DNA of 64,000 nt from a phage, in sequence record PX930852.1. One strand, written 5' to 3'. The notes under the pieces were generated by a model. That model was not told where the DNA came from. It worked only from the letters and a program-made list of their open reading frames with translations, and ran no database searches. Position numbers and translations under genes: made by a program. Position 1 is the first letter of the stretch, and each line of letters begins with the position of its first letter. Positions 8,613 to 18,491 of the stretch are shown one piece after another.

Positions 8613-8948
8613 CTATCCAATATGCTTGCATGACTCACCTCTCATATTCTTGTAAAGGATAAAGCTTCTGTCATGGACGATACTTGTAGACACTGCAAAG
8701 TTACTTTCAAGCATCTGTTTGTTTGGATTGTAGAAGCTTTCTTTAAACTCGTCAAGTGCAAATTGGTGATTATCTGGAAGACCTTTTACACAGACCTTTA
8801 TTGTAATTGCTGCTGCGACCTTGCCAGTCAGTTCTTCTTTAGCTGCTACTAAAATTTTGTTAAGAAACTTATGGCCATCTTCAGGCTTCTTGATGTTCTC
8901 CCAACGTTCTTCTAAGACAATGTTGATGTTCATCTCTTTGATTTTCAT
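8613..8948 (-). CDS. Hypothetical protein
   Basis: 111-aa ORF. Confidence 0.4.
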   Translation of the reverse strand: MKIKEMNINIVLEERWENIKKPEDGHKFLNKILVAAKEELTGKVAAAITIKVCVKGLPDNHQFALDEFKESFYNPNKQMLESNFAVSTSIVHDRSFILYKNMRGESCKHIG

Positions 8949-8963
8949 AGTTTTCTCCAGAAA

Positions 8964-8986
8964 TTAAAAAGGCTCCCGTAGGAGCC
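8964..8986 (-). terminator. Rho-independent terminator (GGCTCC-CGTA-GGAGCC plus T-run)
   Basis: Perfect stem-loop followed by T-run on minus strand, downstream of the NAMPT-family gene. Confidence 0.55.
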
Positions 8987-9001
8987 TCTTATCATATACT
9001 T

Positions 9002-10783
9002 TTAAAGCTGCTTGTCAATATTATTTCGAATATCACCAAGAGTTGTGTAACCAAACTGCTCAGAGTCACTAAAGACTAAACGTAAAGCACAAGCTGGGTG
9101 GTCAAGTACATCTGCAAAACTCTGGAATCCATAGCCATCTACAGCTTTCAGCTTACCACCATCCCACATAGGTGCTACACCACCAAAGGCAGATTTCTTA
9201 ACACCACTATCTGTTTTAGGGTCTTTTGCAAGCATAATCTCTTTACCACCAATGCTTGCAAGAGTTGCTTTGACAGCAAATGCAAAGGTGTCACGAGTCA
9301 TGTACTGGTAAGTGTAAGAACCTACGCCAAACACTACGTTAGAGCTTGCAAAACCCATTTCATACAGACGCTTCAGGATTTCGTTTGCACGTTCCAGCGT
9401 GATAGAGTCACCATAGATAAGTCCGATATGCTCATCCAGTACCTTAAACCCTTTAGAGTTAATAGTTCCCCCAAAGATGTTGTACAGTGTCTTAATAGCT
9501 CCATCAATCTCAGCTACAGGACGTGTTACAACGTTTGCAGAACCAACCATATAAGCGTTTTTCAACAGCACTGTATCAGCAACTTCAAAGTCTTCTCTGT
9601 CAACAACCATTTCGTAGCCTTCTGACAGTAGCCATCCAGCAATACCATAATTGATGTTTTCAAGCTTCATGTTCAGAACAGCATTCAACATTGTGTCACT
9701 GGCTTCAAGCTTGCTTAAGTGTTCGTAATAAGCCTTTTTAGCACACTCTAAGTGGATTGCTTTATAACCTGTGACAATATGTACAGGGTCTCCAGAGTCA
9801 GGACGAATTACCAGTTTACCGTCACGTCCCATAATCTCTTTGCGAAGTGCTGGTAAGATTTCTGACACAGTTCTCCAGAAGTTATAAGTGTCTGAAACAA
9901 CACTTGCAATACCAGTTGGGTAAGTTTCTGTTAAGAAACGACGGAAGGTTTGTAACTCACCTTTAAAGCGTCTTTCTTCTTCAATCAACTCATTACCACC
10001 TTCCCAAGCGATGTTTGCACACATTACAGAGTGTTCAGTGGCTGGTACAGAACTACCAATATCAGAGATTGGGTAAGACTGTCCATAGATTCGTTTAGCC
10101 GTATACACAGCAGGGAAGCTATCAGTTCCTTTAAAGCTGGTTAAGTGGCCTACAGCGTTAAATGCGTCATCAGTAAAGCCGGACATACCACGCATAGCAA
10201 AGTCATGGCACTGATAAGGCAAATGCAAGTCGTTGTCACAAGTAAGGTCAGCCCACTTCTTACAGATACGTTTGTAGTGCAATGCAATAGTTGCAATGGT
10301 ACAAGCCTTCCAAATCTCAGCAGAGAAAGCATCTTCCAGATAACCTGCTACCCAATGGAAACCTGAAACAGTGTTCTGGAAAACAATCATCGGAACACGC
10401 ATAGGGACAACCGTGCCTTCTTCTACAGCGTATACTTCAACTGGTAGATAACCTAAGTCGTGAAGTGCTTCCCAATGCTCTCGACCGATAGCATCTTTGC
10501 CCAGAACACCATTCATGACTTCTAAGATTTCGTCAATTGCTTCTTTTTTGTCACGTTCAAAGAACGTAGCATTCCAGTGGTCTATCAAGTAATCTTTAAC
10601 AAAACGTTGAATACCAAAAGCGACTACACCATCAATTGCTAATGGGCTGTTAAACCATTTGTCGCTACGTGGTGTCAGGTTGAACATCAAATATTCTGTT
10701 GCACTAGGGTACTGGTAAACATGACCAGATTTGTAAGCATCTGCGTTTAAACCTGCTGGTACTGCATAAAGTGATTTAGTCAT
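9002..10783 (-). CDS. Nicotinamide phosphoribosyltransferase family protein (NAMPT/NadV-like; possibly nicotinamide ADP-ribose transferase, Namat, of a NARP1 pathway)
   Basis: DAYKSGHVYQYP, HDFAMRGMSGF..FKGTDS, SVPATEHSVM, SVVSDTYNFW, VIRPDSGDPV all match conserved NAMPT blocks. Confidence 0.85.
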   Translation of the reverse strand: MTKSLYAVPAGLNADAYKSGHVYQYPSATEYLMFNLTPRSDKWFNSPLAIDGVVAFGIQRFVKDYLIDHWNATFFERDKKEAIDEILEVMNGVLGKDAIGREHWEALHDLGYLPVEVYAVEEGTVVPMRVPMIVFQNTVSGFHWVAGYLEDAFSAEIWKACTIATIALHYKRICKKWADLTCDNDLHLPYQCHDFAMRGMSGFTDDAFNAVGHLTSFKGTDSFPAVYTAKRIYGQSYPISDIGSSVPATEHSVMCANIAWEGGNELIEEERRFKGELQTFRRFLTETYPTGIASVVSDTYNFWRTVSEILPALRKEIMGRDGKLVIRPDSGDPVHIVTGYKAIHLECAKKAYYEHLSKLEASDTMLNAVLNMKLENINYGIAGWLLSEGYEMVVDREDFEVADTVLLKNAYMVGSANVVTRPVAEIDGAIKTLYNIFGGTINSKGFKVLDEHIGLIYGDSITLERANEILKRLYEMGFASSNVVFGVGSYTYQYMTRDTFAFAVKATLASIGGKEIMLAKDPKTDSGVKKSAFGGVAPMWDGGKLKAVDGYGFQSFADVLDHPACALRLVFSDSEQFGYTTLGDIRNNIDKQL

Positions 10784-10828
10784 CTTTTAATCTCTCTCAA
10801 AATGGGGCTTTCAAGCCCCTATAAACTT

Positions 10829-11725
10829 TCAATCAAGGTTTGCTACAGTAACTTGACCATAATGTGTTAAGCCACGGTCTTTAGCTTCGCCTAAAGAGTT
10901 TGTAGTGTAAATATGGTCGATACCGTTGTCAAGAAGGTTTTCAACACCTTTAGAGAAGATACCATGTGTTACATAAAGCTCAACACGTTTTGCACCTGCT
11001 TCACGTAGGTGTTTAGCTGCCTCTACGAAGGTTCGACCACCATCACAGATATCATCAAGAATCATGACGGTTTTATCGGTCAAATCAACATCGTCAAGGA
11101 TTCGCATACCAGTGATTTCTCCAGTCTTAAGATTTCGCACCTTAGACATTGTGATATATGGTTTATCCACCTCTTTAGCAGTCTCTGCAATCTTCTTAGA
11201 AGCACCTGCATCTGGGGCTACTAAGTAATCAATTAGAGGGTCATTTGCATAGTGGACTGCAATCTCCTTTTGAGGAATACTTTGGAAGCAGTTAAACAGG
11301 TTATCTGGTACATAACTGTGAGGGTCAACTGCACAGACTGCACCAAATCCCATTGCATTTACCTGTTTAGCAAAAACCTTTAAAGCTGCTGCGTCGCCTT
11401 TAAACATGTGACGGTCGTATCGTGCATTTGGCAAGTAGTAAAAAATGACAGTCTTCAGGGCATAATCATGAGGAACTAAATCGTCAATTGCTTCTTTAGC
11501 CAGTGCCACAGCAAACAGTGTGTCTTTGTTATAACCCTTTACAATCATAACCACATTGTTAATAGATGATGCTGCATAAGCAGTAAAATCAACAAGCTCT
11601 TGTGAAAAGTGGCCACCAATCTCACCAGAAGGGAATTGGATGATGTTAAACTCTTCTTCATGAGTTCCTTTAGTCGGTGAATGAATTGTGACACGGATAG
11701 ATGTTTTCATAGTTTTCTCTCTCAA
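10829..11725 (-). CDS. Ribose-phosphate pyrophosphokinase family protein (Prs-like; possibly ADP-ribose pyrophosphokinase, Adps, of a NARP1 pathway)
   Basis: LVAPDAGASKKIAE and MILDDICDGGRTF match the Prs PRPP-binding/PRTase loops; directly upstream of the NAMPT-family gene. Confidence 0.8.
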   Translation of the reverse strand: MREKTMKTSIRVTIHSPTKGTHEEEFNIIQFPSGEIGGHFSQELVDFTAYAASSINNVVMIVKGYNKDTLFAVALAKEAIDDLVPHDYALKTVIFYYLPNARYDRHMFKGDAAALKVFAKQVNAMGFGAVCAVDPHSYVPDNLFNCFQSIPQKEIAVHYANDPLIDYLVAPDAGASKKIAETAKEVDKPYITMSKVRNLKTGEITGMRILDDVDLTDKTVMILDDICDGGRTFVEAAKHLREAGAKRVELYVTHGIFSKGVENLLDNGIDHIYTTNSLGEAKDRGLTHYGQVTVANLD

Positions 11726-12000
11726 TCAAAAGTTACGTTTGTTACTGCCATTGCAGATTTGCATTTTGCAGGGTCTACAACGTGATAAAGTACACTACAG
11801 TTACCTGTGCTGTCTGGTACAGGTTTAACCCATTGTTGCTTGACAGTTGGTTCGCCTAAGTCTTTGTAAGAACCATCTGTAAAGTTGTTTACCATCTCAA
11901 GTGCAATTGGCTCTGGAACATGACCACGTATCATGTACATTTCACAACCATTACCTCCTTCACTGACTAATGGTAAAATCTCCCACTTTTCTTTAGCCAT
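11722..12000 (-). CDS. Hypothetical protein
   Basis: 92-aa ORF overlapping neighbours by a few bp. Confidence 0.4.
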   Translation of the reverse strand: MAKEKWEILPLVSEGGNGCEMYMIRGHVPEPIALEMVNNFTDGSYKDLGEPTVKQQWVKPVPDSTGNCSVLYHVVDPAKCKSAMAVTNVTFD

Positions 12001-12508
12001 TATAAGTTGCCCTATAAACTGTCTCGAACTTCAACAGGAGAGATATTGCCAAATCTGTATAGTTGTTGTCAAGCACATCTGGCATATTATTTTTGATATA
12101 TTTCTCTTGCTCTTCATAGGTCATCTTAGGGATACTTAGGAGGCTATCTCCTTGCTTCTGGTTATCAGCTTTAGTTTGGATAAACCAGTTTGCACAGTGA
12201 TGTTCACCACCTTTTGTAACAGGTTTGTGATGACCTAATGTAAATGTTTGCTTACCCGTATACCTGCAAAGATTGTTCAGTGTTGCAATGGTGTTCTTCA
12301 CAACACACCATTCATACAGGTTATCTATTGTGTAGTGTGGGTAATAACGGACAAGTGCTCTTTCACGGAAGTTATCACGATTCCAAAGAACCATGTGATT
12401 AGAATTTGAAGGGTCATATTTGTGGGAGTCTATAAACTCTTGACGCTCATCAAAGCTGAGTCTTAGAACTGACATTGCAACCGAACGTTTCAGGTTTGAC
12501 AGATACAT
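11993..12508 (-). CDS. HNH-family endonuclease-like protein (possible homing endonuclease)
   Basis: GHHKPVTKGGEHHCANWFIQTKADNQ resembles HNH core (HH..P..GG...N....N). Confidence 0.4.
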   Translation of the reverse strand: MYLSNLKRSVAMSVLRLSFDERQEFIDSHKYDPSNSNHMVLWNRDNFRERALVRYYPHYTIDNLYEWCVVKNTIATLNNLCRYTGKQTFTLGHHKPVTKGGEHHCANWFIQTKADNQKQGDSLLSIPKMTYEEQEKYIKNNMPDVLDNNYTDLAISLLLKFETVYRATYNG

Positions 12509-12559
12509 TTTACCTCCAAAATAAAAAGGGAACCTTTACAGTCCCCTTATAGTATCTGT

Positions 12560-12880
12560 TTACTGAGCTACTTTCAAGATGCTTGTGAATGAAATCTCAC
12601 TCTCATCCATAAACTCTTTTGCTTCTCCAGTAACTTTCACAAAGTTATCTAGGCAGATAATCTTCTTATCTTTCTTGCTGTAGGTTAGCTTAACCTTTTC
12701 AATATCTTTCTTAGAACTTTTCTCTTCATTGAAGAGTTTTACAGCCTCTTTGAATGGGAGGTATGAGCCATCATCATCGCTAATAAAACCTGTACCACAA
12801 TAGTAGAAGTTGTATTCTTTAGCCATAAACTGGCACAGTACGAAAATCTGTAATTTACGAGTGTTATAAACTTTGCTCAT
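12560..12880 (-). CDS. Hypothetical protein
   Basis: 106-aa ORF. Confidence 0.4.
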   Translation of the reverse strand: MSKVYNTRKLQIFVLCQFMAKEYNFYYCGTGFISDDDGSYLPFKEAVKLFNEEKSSKKDIEKVKLTYSKKDKKIICLDNFVKVTGEAKEFMDESEISFTSILKVAQ

Positions 12881-12882
12881 GG

Positions 12883-13149
12883 TTATTTAACCTTCTTGTT
12901 ACGTTTACGGTTACGAGCTTTCTTAGCTGCTCGTTTAATAGCTGCTGCACCAGATTGGCGGTGGGCTTGTTTCTTACCACCTTTACCACGTCCTACGTAG
13001 ATGTAAGGCTGCTGTTCAATTTGGCTTGCAAGAACCTGTGCAACCGCTGAAGCATCTACACCGACCTGCTTTCCAGTCATAGAAACAATTGCTGCTGCTT
13101 TTTCCAGTGCCTTCAAGAATCCAGCTTTCATATTACCTAAAATTCCCAT
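12883..13149 (-). CDS. Small highly basic protein (possible nucleic-acid binding)
   Basis: C-terminal KRAAKKARNRKRNKKVK. Confidence 0.35.
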   Translation of the reverse strand: MGILGNMKAGFLKALEKAAAIVSMTGKQVGVDASAVAQVLASQIEQQPYIYVGRGKGGKKQAHRQSGAAAIKRAAKKARNRKRNKKVK

Positions 13150-13245
13150 TTTTAGTCTCTCTCATTAAAGTTTAATACAGAACTTATGAAGTTCTTCTTC
13201 AGTGATACCAATTGGAGTTATACCTTAGTCCATTTGCCAGAATAA

Positions 13246-13731
13246 TCACTCTGCTCTCCACTGACAATCACCTTGCCATCCGTACTCTTTTCTCCAGAGG
13301 TTTTGGTTATCTGAACCACGATACGGTTTAACTGTTGGTTTAGATGAATCATACTTACCATCAATCACCACGTCAACATATTTCATCACATCAAGGTGAA
13401 TTTTTTCATGTAACTGAAAACCTGTCCAGAGCCAGATAGATTTTTCTGGGTAAACGGTTTTAATACGTTTGCATATGTTGGTAACCTCTTGAATATTTCT
13501 ATCATCTAGAGGTTCTCCACCAAGTATTGACAGCCCACTGATGGCATTATCATCCATTAACTTAATGATGCCATAAAGGTTTGCATAAGTGAACTCTTTA
13601 CCAGCATTAAACTTCCAAGATTCCTTATTAAAGCAGCCTTCACAGTGATGCTTACAACCAGCTACGAAGAGGCTTACACGAACCCCTTCACCATTAGCTG
13701 TGTCAAATGGTCGAATCTCCATGTAATTCAT
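13246..13731 (-). CDS. nrdG: Anaerobic ribonucleotide reductase activating protein (radical SAM)
   Basis: CKHHCEGC (CxxxCxxC) radical-SAM cluster motif near N-terminus; size and position next to nrdD. Confidence 0.75.
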   Translation of the reverse strand: MNYMEIRPFDTANGEGVRVSLFVAGCKHHCEGCFNKESWKFNAGKEFTYANLYGIIKLMDDNAISGLSILGGEPLDDRNIQEVTNICKRIKTVYPEKSIWLWTGFQLHEKIHLDVMKYVDVVIDGKYDSSKPTVKPYRGSDNQNLWRKEYGWQGDCQWRAE

Positions 13732-13740
13732 CTAGTTACC

Positions 13741-14040
13741 TCACCAATACATATAAGTGTTCTTAGCAGCTTTCTTTGGAGACTTGCTATCAATGTCAAA
13801 GTCTTCATCTAAGAAGGATGTCTTAGAAAGCTGCCTGATTTGTGTTCTTGTAAGACGTTTAGTAGCCTTCTTAATCTCCCTACAAGGTTGACTTGTAAAG
13901 TCATAAGAGCCACCTTTTCTGGACATCATATCAGAATGGAAGTAGACATCTGAAGCATTTTCTCTGTTACGTACCTCATTTCTCCACTCATAGAGTCCAT
14001 GAACGTTCTTTAAACCTTTTCTTCGAATTGTTTTACTCAT
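13741..14040 (-). CDS. Hypothetical protein
   Basis: 99-aa ORF. Confidence 0.35.
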   Translation of the reverse strand: MSKTIRRKGLKNVHGLYEWRNEVRNRENASDVYFHSDMMSRKGGSYDFTSQPCREIKKATKRLTRTQIRQLSKTSFLDEDFDIDSKSPKKAAKNTYMYW

Positions 14041-14432
14041 TCAAACACCACCTGACAAGGAACCTGTTTAGTAATAAATTCTTCACAGTGTTCTTTAATG
14101 AAGTTTTGTAATGGTACACAATCTTGTGCGCAAGTCATTAGCATAATGTACTCTGGATTCATAATATTTTCAAGACTGTAGAAAACAACATCGTTAGATA
14201 GTTCATGACCGTCTTCTTCAGACCAAGTTCCAGTGACTACAGCTAATTTGTCAAGCAATTCATTAGGCAATGCTACACCATCTTCTACAGAATCACTTAG
14301 AACGTTGTCGCTGATGTACAATGTGAAGGTCGTATGGAATGTTGAATATCTTACGTGATTCTTTTCGCAAGAGCCACACTCTGAGGCATAATCTTTAATC
14401 CACTCTAACTGTTTTTTGTTCAACTTAATCAT
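14037..14432 (-). CDS. Hypothetical protein
   Basis: 131-aa ORF. Confidence 0.35.
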   Translation of the reverse strand: MIKLNKKQLEWIKDYASECGSCEKNHVRYSTFHTTFTLYISDNVLSDSVEDGVALPNELLDKLAVVTGTWSEEDGHELSNDVVFYSLENIMNPEYIMLMTCAQDCVPLQNFIKEHCEEFITKQVPCQVVFE

Positions 14433-14629
14433 AATTTCACCTTAGTTGGCAATGCACTGAATGCTATGACTAACCCTAAAAATGGTTTGAAGCATGACCA
14501 TAAATCCATCTGACCATGATATGAGAAACCCCATTGTGGGTCTGAAAAACCCCATACCATAACACTAACCCCAAAGAAGAAGACTAGAATATGGAGTATG
14601 TATATCAACGCTTTTGATATCTTAAACAT
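14429..14629 (-). CDS. Small membrane protein (two predicted TM segments)
   Basis: Hydrophobic stretches LIYILHILVFFFGVSVMVW and FLGLVIAFSAL. Confidence 0.35.
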   Translation of the reverse strand: MFKISKALIYILHILVFFFGVSVMVWGFSDPQWGFSYHGQMDLWSCFKPFLGLVIAFSALPTKVKL

Positions 14630-14783
14630 TTTAACTTACCTTTCAATTCACAATAAGAGAGTCCTAAAAAGAACCCTAGTAAGACAGAACCTATGAACAA
14701 CCCAATAATACTCTCTGCCATATCTAACATCCAATAAAAAAGGTGATGTAAGCCTATCAAGACCCACATCACCTTGTCAAGTT

Positions 14784-16928
14784 TTACATAGAGACTCTAT
14801 CACGAATCTCAGCGATTTTTGCATCGTTCATTCGGGATTCACCTTTAATCTTGGTCCACCCAAGATACCCGCACACCCTGTTAATCACAGAGATATCATG
14901 TGAATGGCAAACCTCACATTCTTCAACATCAACCTTTGGTCTGTTACCACAATGTTCACAGATTGCTAAGTCAAAGTTAAGTCCCTGATAAAAACCCTTC
15001 AACATCCCTCTGGTAATACAACTTTTAAGTGCTGTTAAGTTTTCTGGGTTAGCTACCCTTACATACTGGATTCTGCCACCTCTACAGATATGGAAGAATG
15101 GCTCTTCTAAGTCCTGCTTCTCAAATGGTGAGATGTCTGCTGCAACATTCATATGGAAACTGTTTGTAAAGTATTCCTTGTCAGAGACACCTTTAATAAC
15201 GCCAAACATATCTCTGAACTGTTTTAACTGAGTTCCACAAAGTGATTCTGCTGGAGTGCCATATACCGCATACAAGAAGCCATCTTCGTTCTTAAACTCT
15301 TCAGTTTTCATGTTGATGTATTCCAGAACATCGTATGCAAAACTATATCTTCCAACTTCATGAAGTCGTTTACCTTCAGCAAGAACAGACAGTTCATCAA
15401 GAGCAGTAACCCCAAAAGAAGCTGTGAAGGACTTCACGATATCCCAACCAACCTTGTCAGTAGGTTTCTTAGTCCCTTTGTACAGACCACCTTGTGTGAA
15501 TGCAAGAGGGTTAGAACTTGCTGGCATATTAGCAATCATTTCGTAGCGTTTCTTGTGGAAGCTGCGAATCATCTCTAGGTACTTATCAAGCTCTTTCCAG
15601 AAATCTAAACCATTCTCTTTAGAATACTGGTAAATCATTGGTAAGTTCAAAGATACAGCACCAATGTTAGCACGACCAACGTAGAACTCTTCCCCATTCT
15701 CGTTAAGATACGGAGATAAGAACGCTCGGCAACCCATCGGCGAAATAACCTTGCCAGAACGCTCAAAAGCCTCTGCTACAGCACCATGACCAGATACACT
15801 TAAGAAATCTGGATACATCGCTTTAGAGCAACACTCTATAGCTTTACTGTACAGGTGGCCTTGACAGATATTCTCATTATGTCTCTTCTGGTCATAAATA
15901 TAAACCAGTTTAGGGAATACAACAGGTTTCTTGCTCTTACCTTGTCCATTCATACGAACATCTAGGAGAGTACTTGCAATCATATATTGCAGTCGGTTAT
16001 CTTCATTGGACATATCTGAGTCAAGTAGCCCGAATGTCAAAGTTGTGAATGCAAAATCCCCACGGCTACAAGGTACAGTGTTTAGTTTCATTTCAAGTGA
16101 CTGGAAACCTTGAGTCAGTTCAATCTGTAGCTGCTCCATGACATAATTGTGGTAATGTTCTTTAGGAATACCATAAGATGCTGCTTTCTCAGCATGATAG
16201 CGTAGAGACTTCTTAGCATACGGCACAAGTACCTTATCAATCTCTGCTAAAGTAAAACCACCAAATTGCTGTGCAGTTGCTGAAAGAACTACGTCACCTA
16301 TAACCTGTAAGGCCGACAGTACAGACTTTGGTTCACAATATTCGATGCCAGACATTTCAAAGCCACCTTTCAGGACTTTACCAATGTCAAACAGGCAACA
16401 GTTGATACCACCAAAAATTAGGTCTCTTAAATCATGGATATAGATAAATCCTTTTTCAATGGCTTCAAGTTCCTCTGGTGTTAAATGGTACTGTTTAAAG
16501 ATTTCTTTAGTCAGGTAACCACGGATAATTGAACCTTTCGTAGAAATTAAACTGCTGTCAAAGTTAGCATTTTCACGGTCACCTAAGAAGAGTGTATCTT
16601 TAGTCTTCTGGTAGAGTTCATCCCAATTTTGAGCAACCTCTTTACGGTAATTTCTGTATGTTGAGTAAGACTCATAAATCTCGTGATTAACTTCTGCCAA
16701 AGCACCTTCAACAATACTGTGAATATCATTTACCGAGATAAGCAAATTATTCTGCTTAGTGGACTTTACCAAAATCCTCATGAATGCTGACTCAAGAGCT
16801 TGGGTAACATCTGGTGGAAGTTCTTTATATCCAACCCTGTTAGCTGACTTAGCTACTGCTGCTAAAACTTTTTTGATATCAGGTTCTTCAAGTGAGCCGT
16901 TCTTTTTAATAATCTGTACTTTGTTCAT
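14784..16928 (-). CDS. nrdD: Anaerobic ribonucleoside-triphosphate reductase (class III RNR)
   Basis: 714 aa; C-terminal glycyl-radical region ...RVCGYLGW and C-x-x-C zinc ribbon (CEHCG..CEVCHSHD). Confidence 0.85.
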   Translation of the reverse strand: MNKVQIIKKNGSLEEPDIKKVLAAVAKSANRVGYKELPPDVTQALESAFMRILVKSTKQNNLLISVNDIHSIVEGALAEVNHEIYESYSTYRNYRKEVAQNWDELYQKTKDTLFLGDRENANFDSSLISTKGSIIRGYLTKEIFKQYHLTPEELEAIEKGFIYIHDLRDLIFGGINCCLFDIGKVLKGGFEMSGIEYCEPKSVLSALQVIGDVVLSATAQQFGGFTLAEIDKVLVPYAKKSLRYHAEKAASYGIPKEHYHNYVMEQLQIELTQGFQSLEMKLNTVPCSRGDFAFTTLTFGLLDSDMSNEDNRLQYMIASTLLDVRMNGQGKSKKPVVFPKLVYIYDQKRHNENICQGHLYSKAIECCSKAMYPDFLSVSGHGAVAEAFERSGKVISPMGCRAFLSPYLNENGEEFYVGRANIGAVSLNLPMIYQYSKENGLDFWKELDKYLEMIRSFHKKRYEMIANMPASSNPLAFTQGGLYKGTKKPTDKVGWDIVKSFTASFGVTALDELSVLAEGKRLHEVGRYSFAYDVLEYINMKTEEFKNEDGFLYAVYGTPAESLCGTQLKQFRDMFGVIKGVSDKEYFTNSFHMNVAADISPFEKQDLEEPFFHICRGGRIQYVRVANPENLTALKSCITRGMLKGFYQGLNFDLAICEHCGNRPKVDVEECEVCHSHDISVINRVCGYLGWTKIKGESRMNDAKIAEIRDRVSM

Positions 16929-16946
16929 TATTGCCCCTTTACATGC

Positions 16947-16968
16947 TAAAAAGGTCTCCGAAGAGACC
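16947..16968 (-). terminator. Rho-independent terminator (GGTCTC-CGAA-GAGACC plus T-run)
   Basis: Perfect stem-loop with T-run on minus strand. Confidence 0.5.
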
Positions 16969-16976
16969 CTTTCATT

Positions 16977-17183
16977 CTAAATCTTTTTAGAAAACTTAGA
17001 AACGAGTTTTCTCAGTTTTTCAGTGATGCCTAACTGTATCTCTAATATTTCAAAGATAACCCATAGTAACATGGCTCCAAACAATGAACCTTGTTCAAAA
17101 TCAGTAAATAGGTTAACGATAAGCATACCAATCACAATAGCTGGTGCATCAACAACCAAACCTTCCCAAATGCGTTTAAGCAT
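16977..17183 (-). CDS. Small membrane protein
   Basis: Two hydrophobic segments. Confidence 0.35.
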   Translation of the reverse strand: MLKRIWEGLVVDAPAIVIGMLIVNLFTDFEQGSLFGAMLLWVIFEILEIQLGITEKLRKLVSKFSKKI

Positions 17184-17418
17184 TATTCACCTCTGCCATA
17201 AAATTCTGTAGCGTACCAACAGGTTTTAGGTTTTGCCCATCAGTTTTCATGATGAATGGCATCTGACGAACTGGCATCTGTGCAATATCAATCAGGTCTG
17301 ATAGTTCATAGTCCTGCCCTAACATTCTCACAACATGGTCAATACCACGAGCTTTTGCAAAATTCTTTGCAGTCTCGCACTGAGGGCATCCAGTTTTGGA
17401 GTAAATTACATAAGTCAT
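17176..17418 (-). CDS. Glutaredoxin/thioredoxin-like protein (RNR reductant)
   Basis: Active-site CPQC near N-terminus (YSKTGCPQCETAK); adjacent to nrdB. Confidence 0.6.
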   Translation of the reverse strand: MTYVIYSKTGCPQCETAKNFAKARGIDHVVRMLGQDYELSDLIDIAQMPVRQMPFIMKTDGQNLKPVGTLQNFMAEVNNA

Positions 17419-18491
17419 TAAGGAACCTCTAAAAATCCACTATTCAAATCATCTACAACAGTATTCAATAGGTACGCACCGTTCTGTTGCTCCTGATTAG
17501 CATTCTGCTCTTTATCAATTTCCATCTTCTTAATCATGTACTTCAAAGGTGGTTCTTTAGGAGCTACAAAATCTCTGGGAATGCCAAACATATCATACAG
17601 TGGGGCAGCATTATAGTAAACCCACTCATGAAGAAGCTTTGTATTTAAGCCAACTACAGCACGTCCTTCGGAGAAGATATAATACGACCATTTCTCTTCA
17701 CTTTCAACTACTTCATCTAAGATTACTTTAATCTCTGGAAGAATTTGTTGAAAAGCTTTCTGCCACTCATCATCTCTTAAAGTTTCTTTTAAAACTTCAA
17801 TATCAATTTTAGTGTGAAGGATTTCATCAAGCATAATCTTCTGCACAGCTTGAGCAATACCCTGAAATTTATCTTGAGCATCAAGTGCAAAAGTACATGC
17901 AAAGGATGCCATAAAAGATATACCTTCAAGTGCAGTCACTGCAAACAGCCCTTTCAGAATCACTTTATGGAAGTGTAAAGGGTCTTTGTCCAGAAGTGAA
18001 TCACGCACATAACTCAGACGATAGTTTATACCTTCATCCAGTAATTCTTCAAGAACACGATTCACAGTTTTTAATCGGTCTTGCACAGCAACATTCTGGT
18101 TAATCTCATCTAAGATTGTTTCAGGGTTTTTAATACATTGCCTTACAATCTCTGAGTAAGTAAGGGCATGTAGGTTTTCAATCTCAGACTGCTTCATAAT
18201 TGCAGTTGCATAGATGTCATCAGAGATAAATGGTGCAAAGGCAAATGCCAAGCTCTTAGCAACTTGAGTATCTGCTTCCCACTGCCACTTAAGAATCTCA
18301 AGCATTACACCTGACATTGATGCTGGGACACTCTCAAAATCAAGACGTGATTGTTCAAAAGGGAACTCATCTTCTGACCAGTCTTGTGCTTTTTGTTGTT
18401 TATAAAGTTCAAAGATTTTTGGGTAGTGTTTATTAAGTGAGTCAAAAGTTTTTCTCTCACCACCTAAAAAGATTGGGTGCTGGTTAATCAT
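17418..18491 (-). CDS. nrdB: Ribonucleotide reductase class Ia small subunit
   Basis: Ferritin-like protein adjacent to nrdA; likely start at MINQHPIF (ATG at 18491), not the longer track ORF. Confidence 0.75.
   Translation of the reverse strand: MINQHPIFLGGERKTFDSLNKHYPKIFELYKQQKAQDWSEDEFPFEQSRLDFESVPASMSGVMLEILKWQWEADTQVAKSLAFAFAPFISDDIYATAIMKQSEIENLHALTYSEIVRQCIKNPETILDEINQNVAVQDRLKTVNRVLEELLDEGINYRLSYVRDSLLDKDPLHFHKVILKGLFAVTALEGISFMASFACTFALDAQDKFQGIAQAVQKIMLDEILHTKIDIEVLKETLRDDEWQKAFQQILPEIKVILDEVVESEEKWSYYIFSEGRAVVGLNTKLLHEWVYYNAAPLYDMFGIPRDFVAPKEPPLKYMIKKMEIDKEQNANQEQQNGAYLLNTVVDDLNSGFLEVP

Noticed and set aside
9098-9625. 175-aa plus-strand ORF
   Set aside because: Antisense within the NAMPT-family gene, whose homology on the minus strand is strong.
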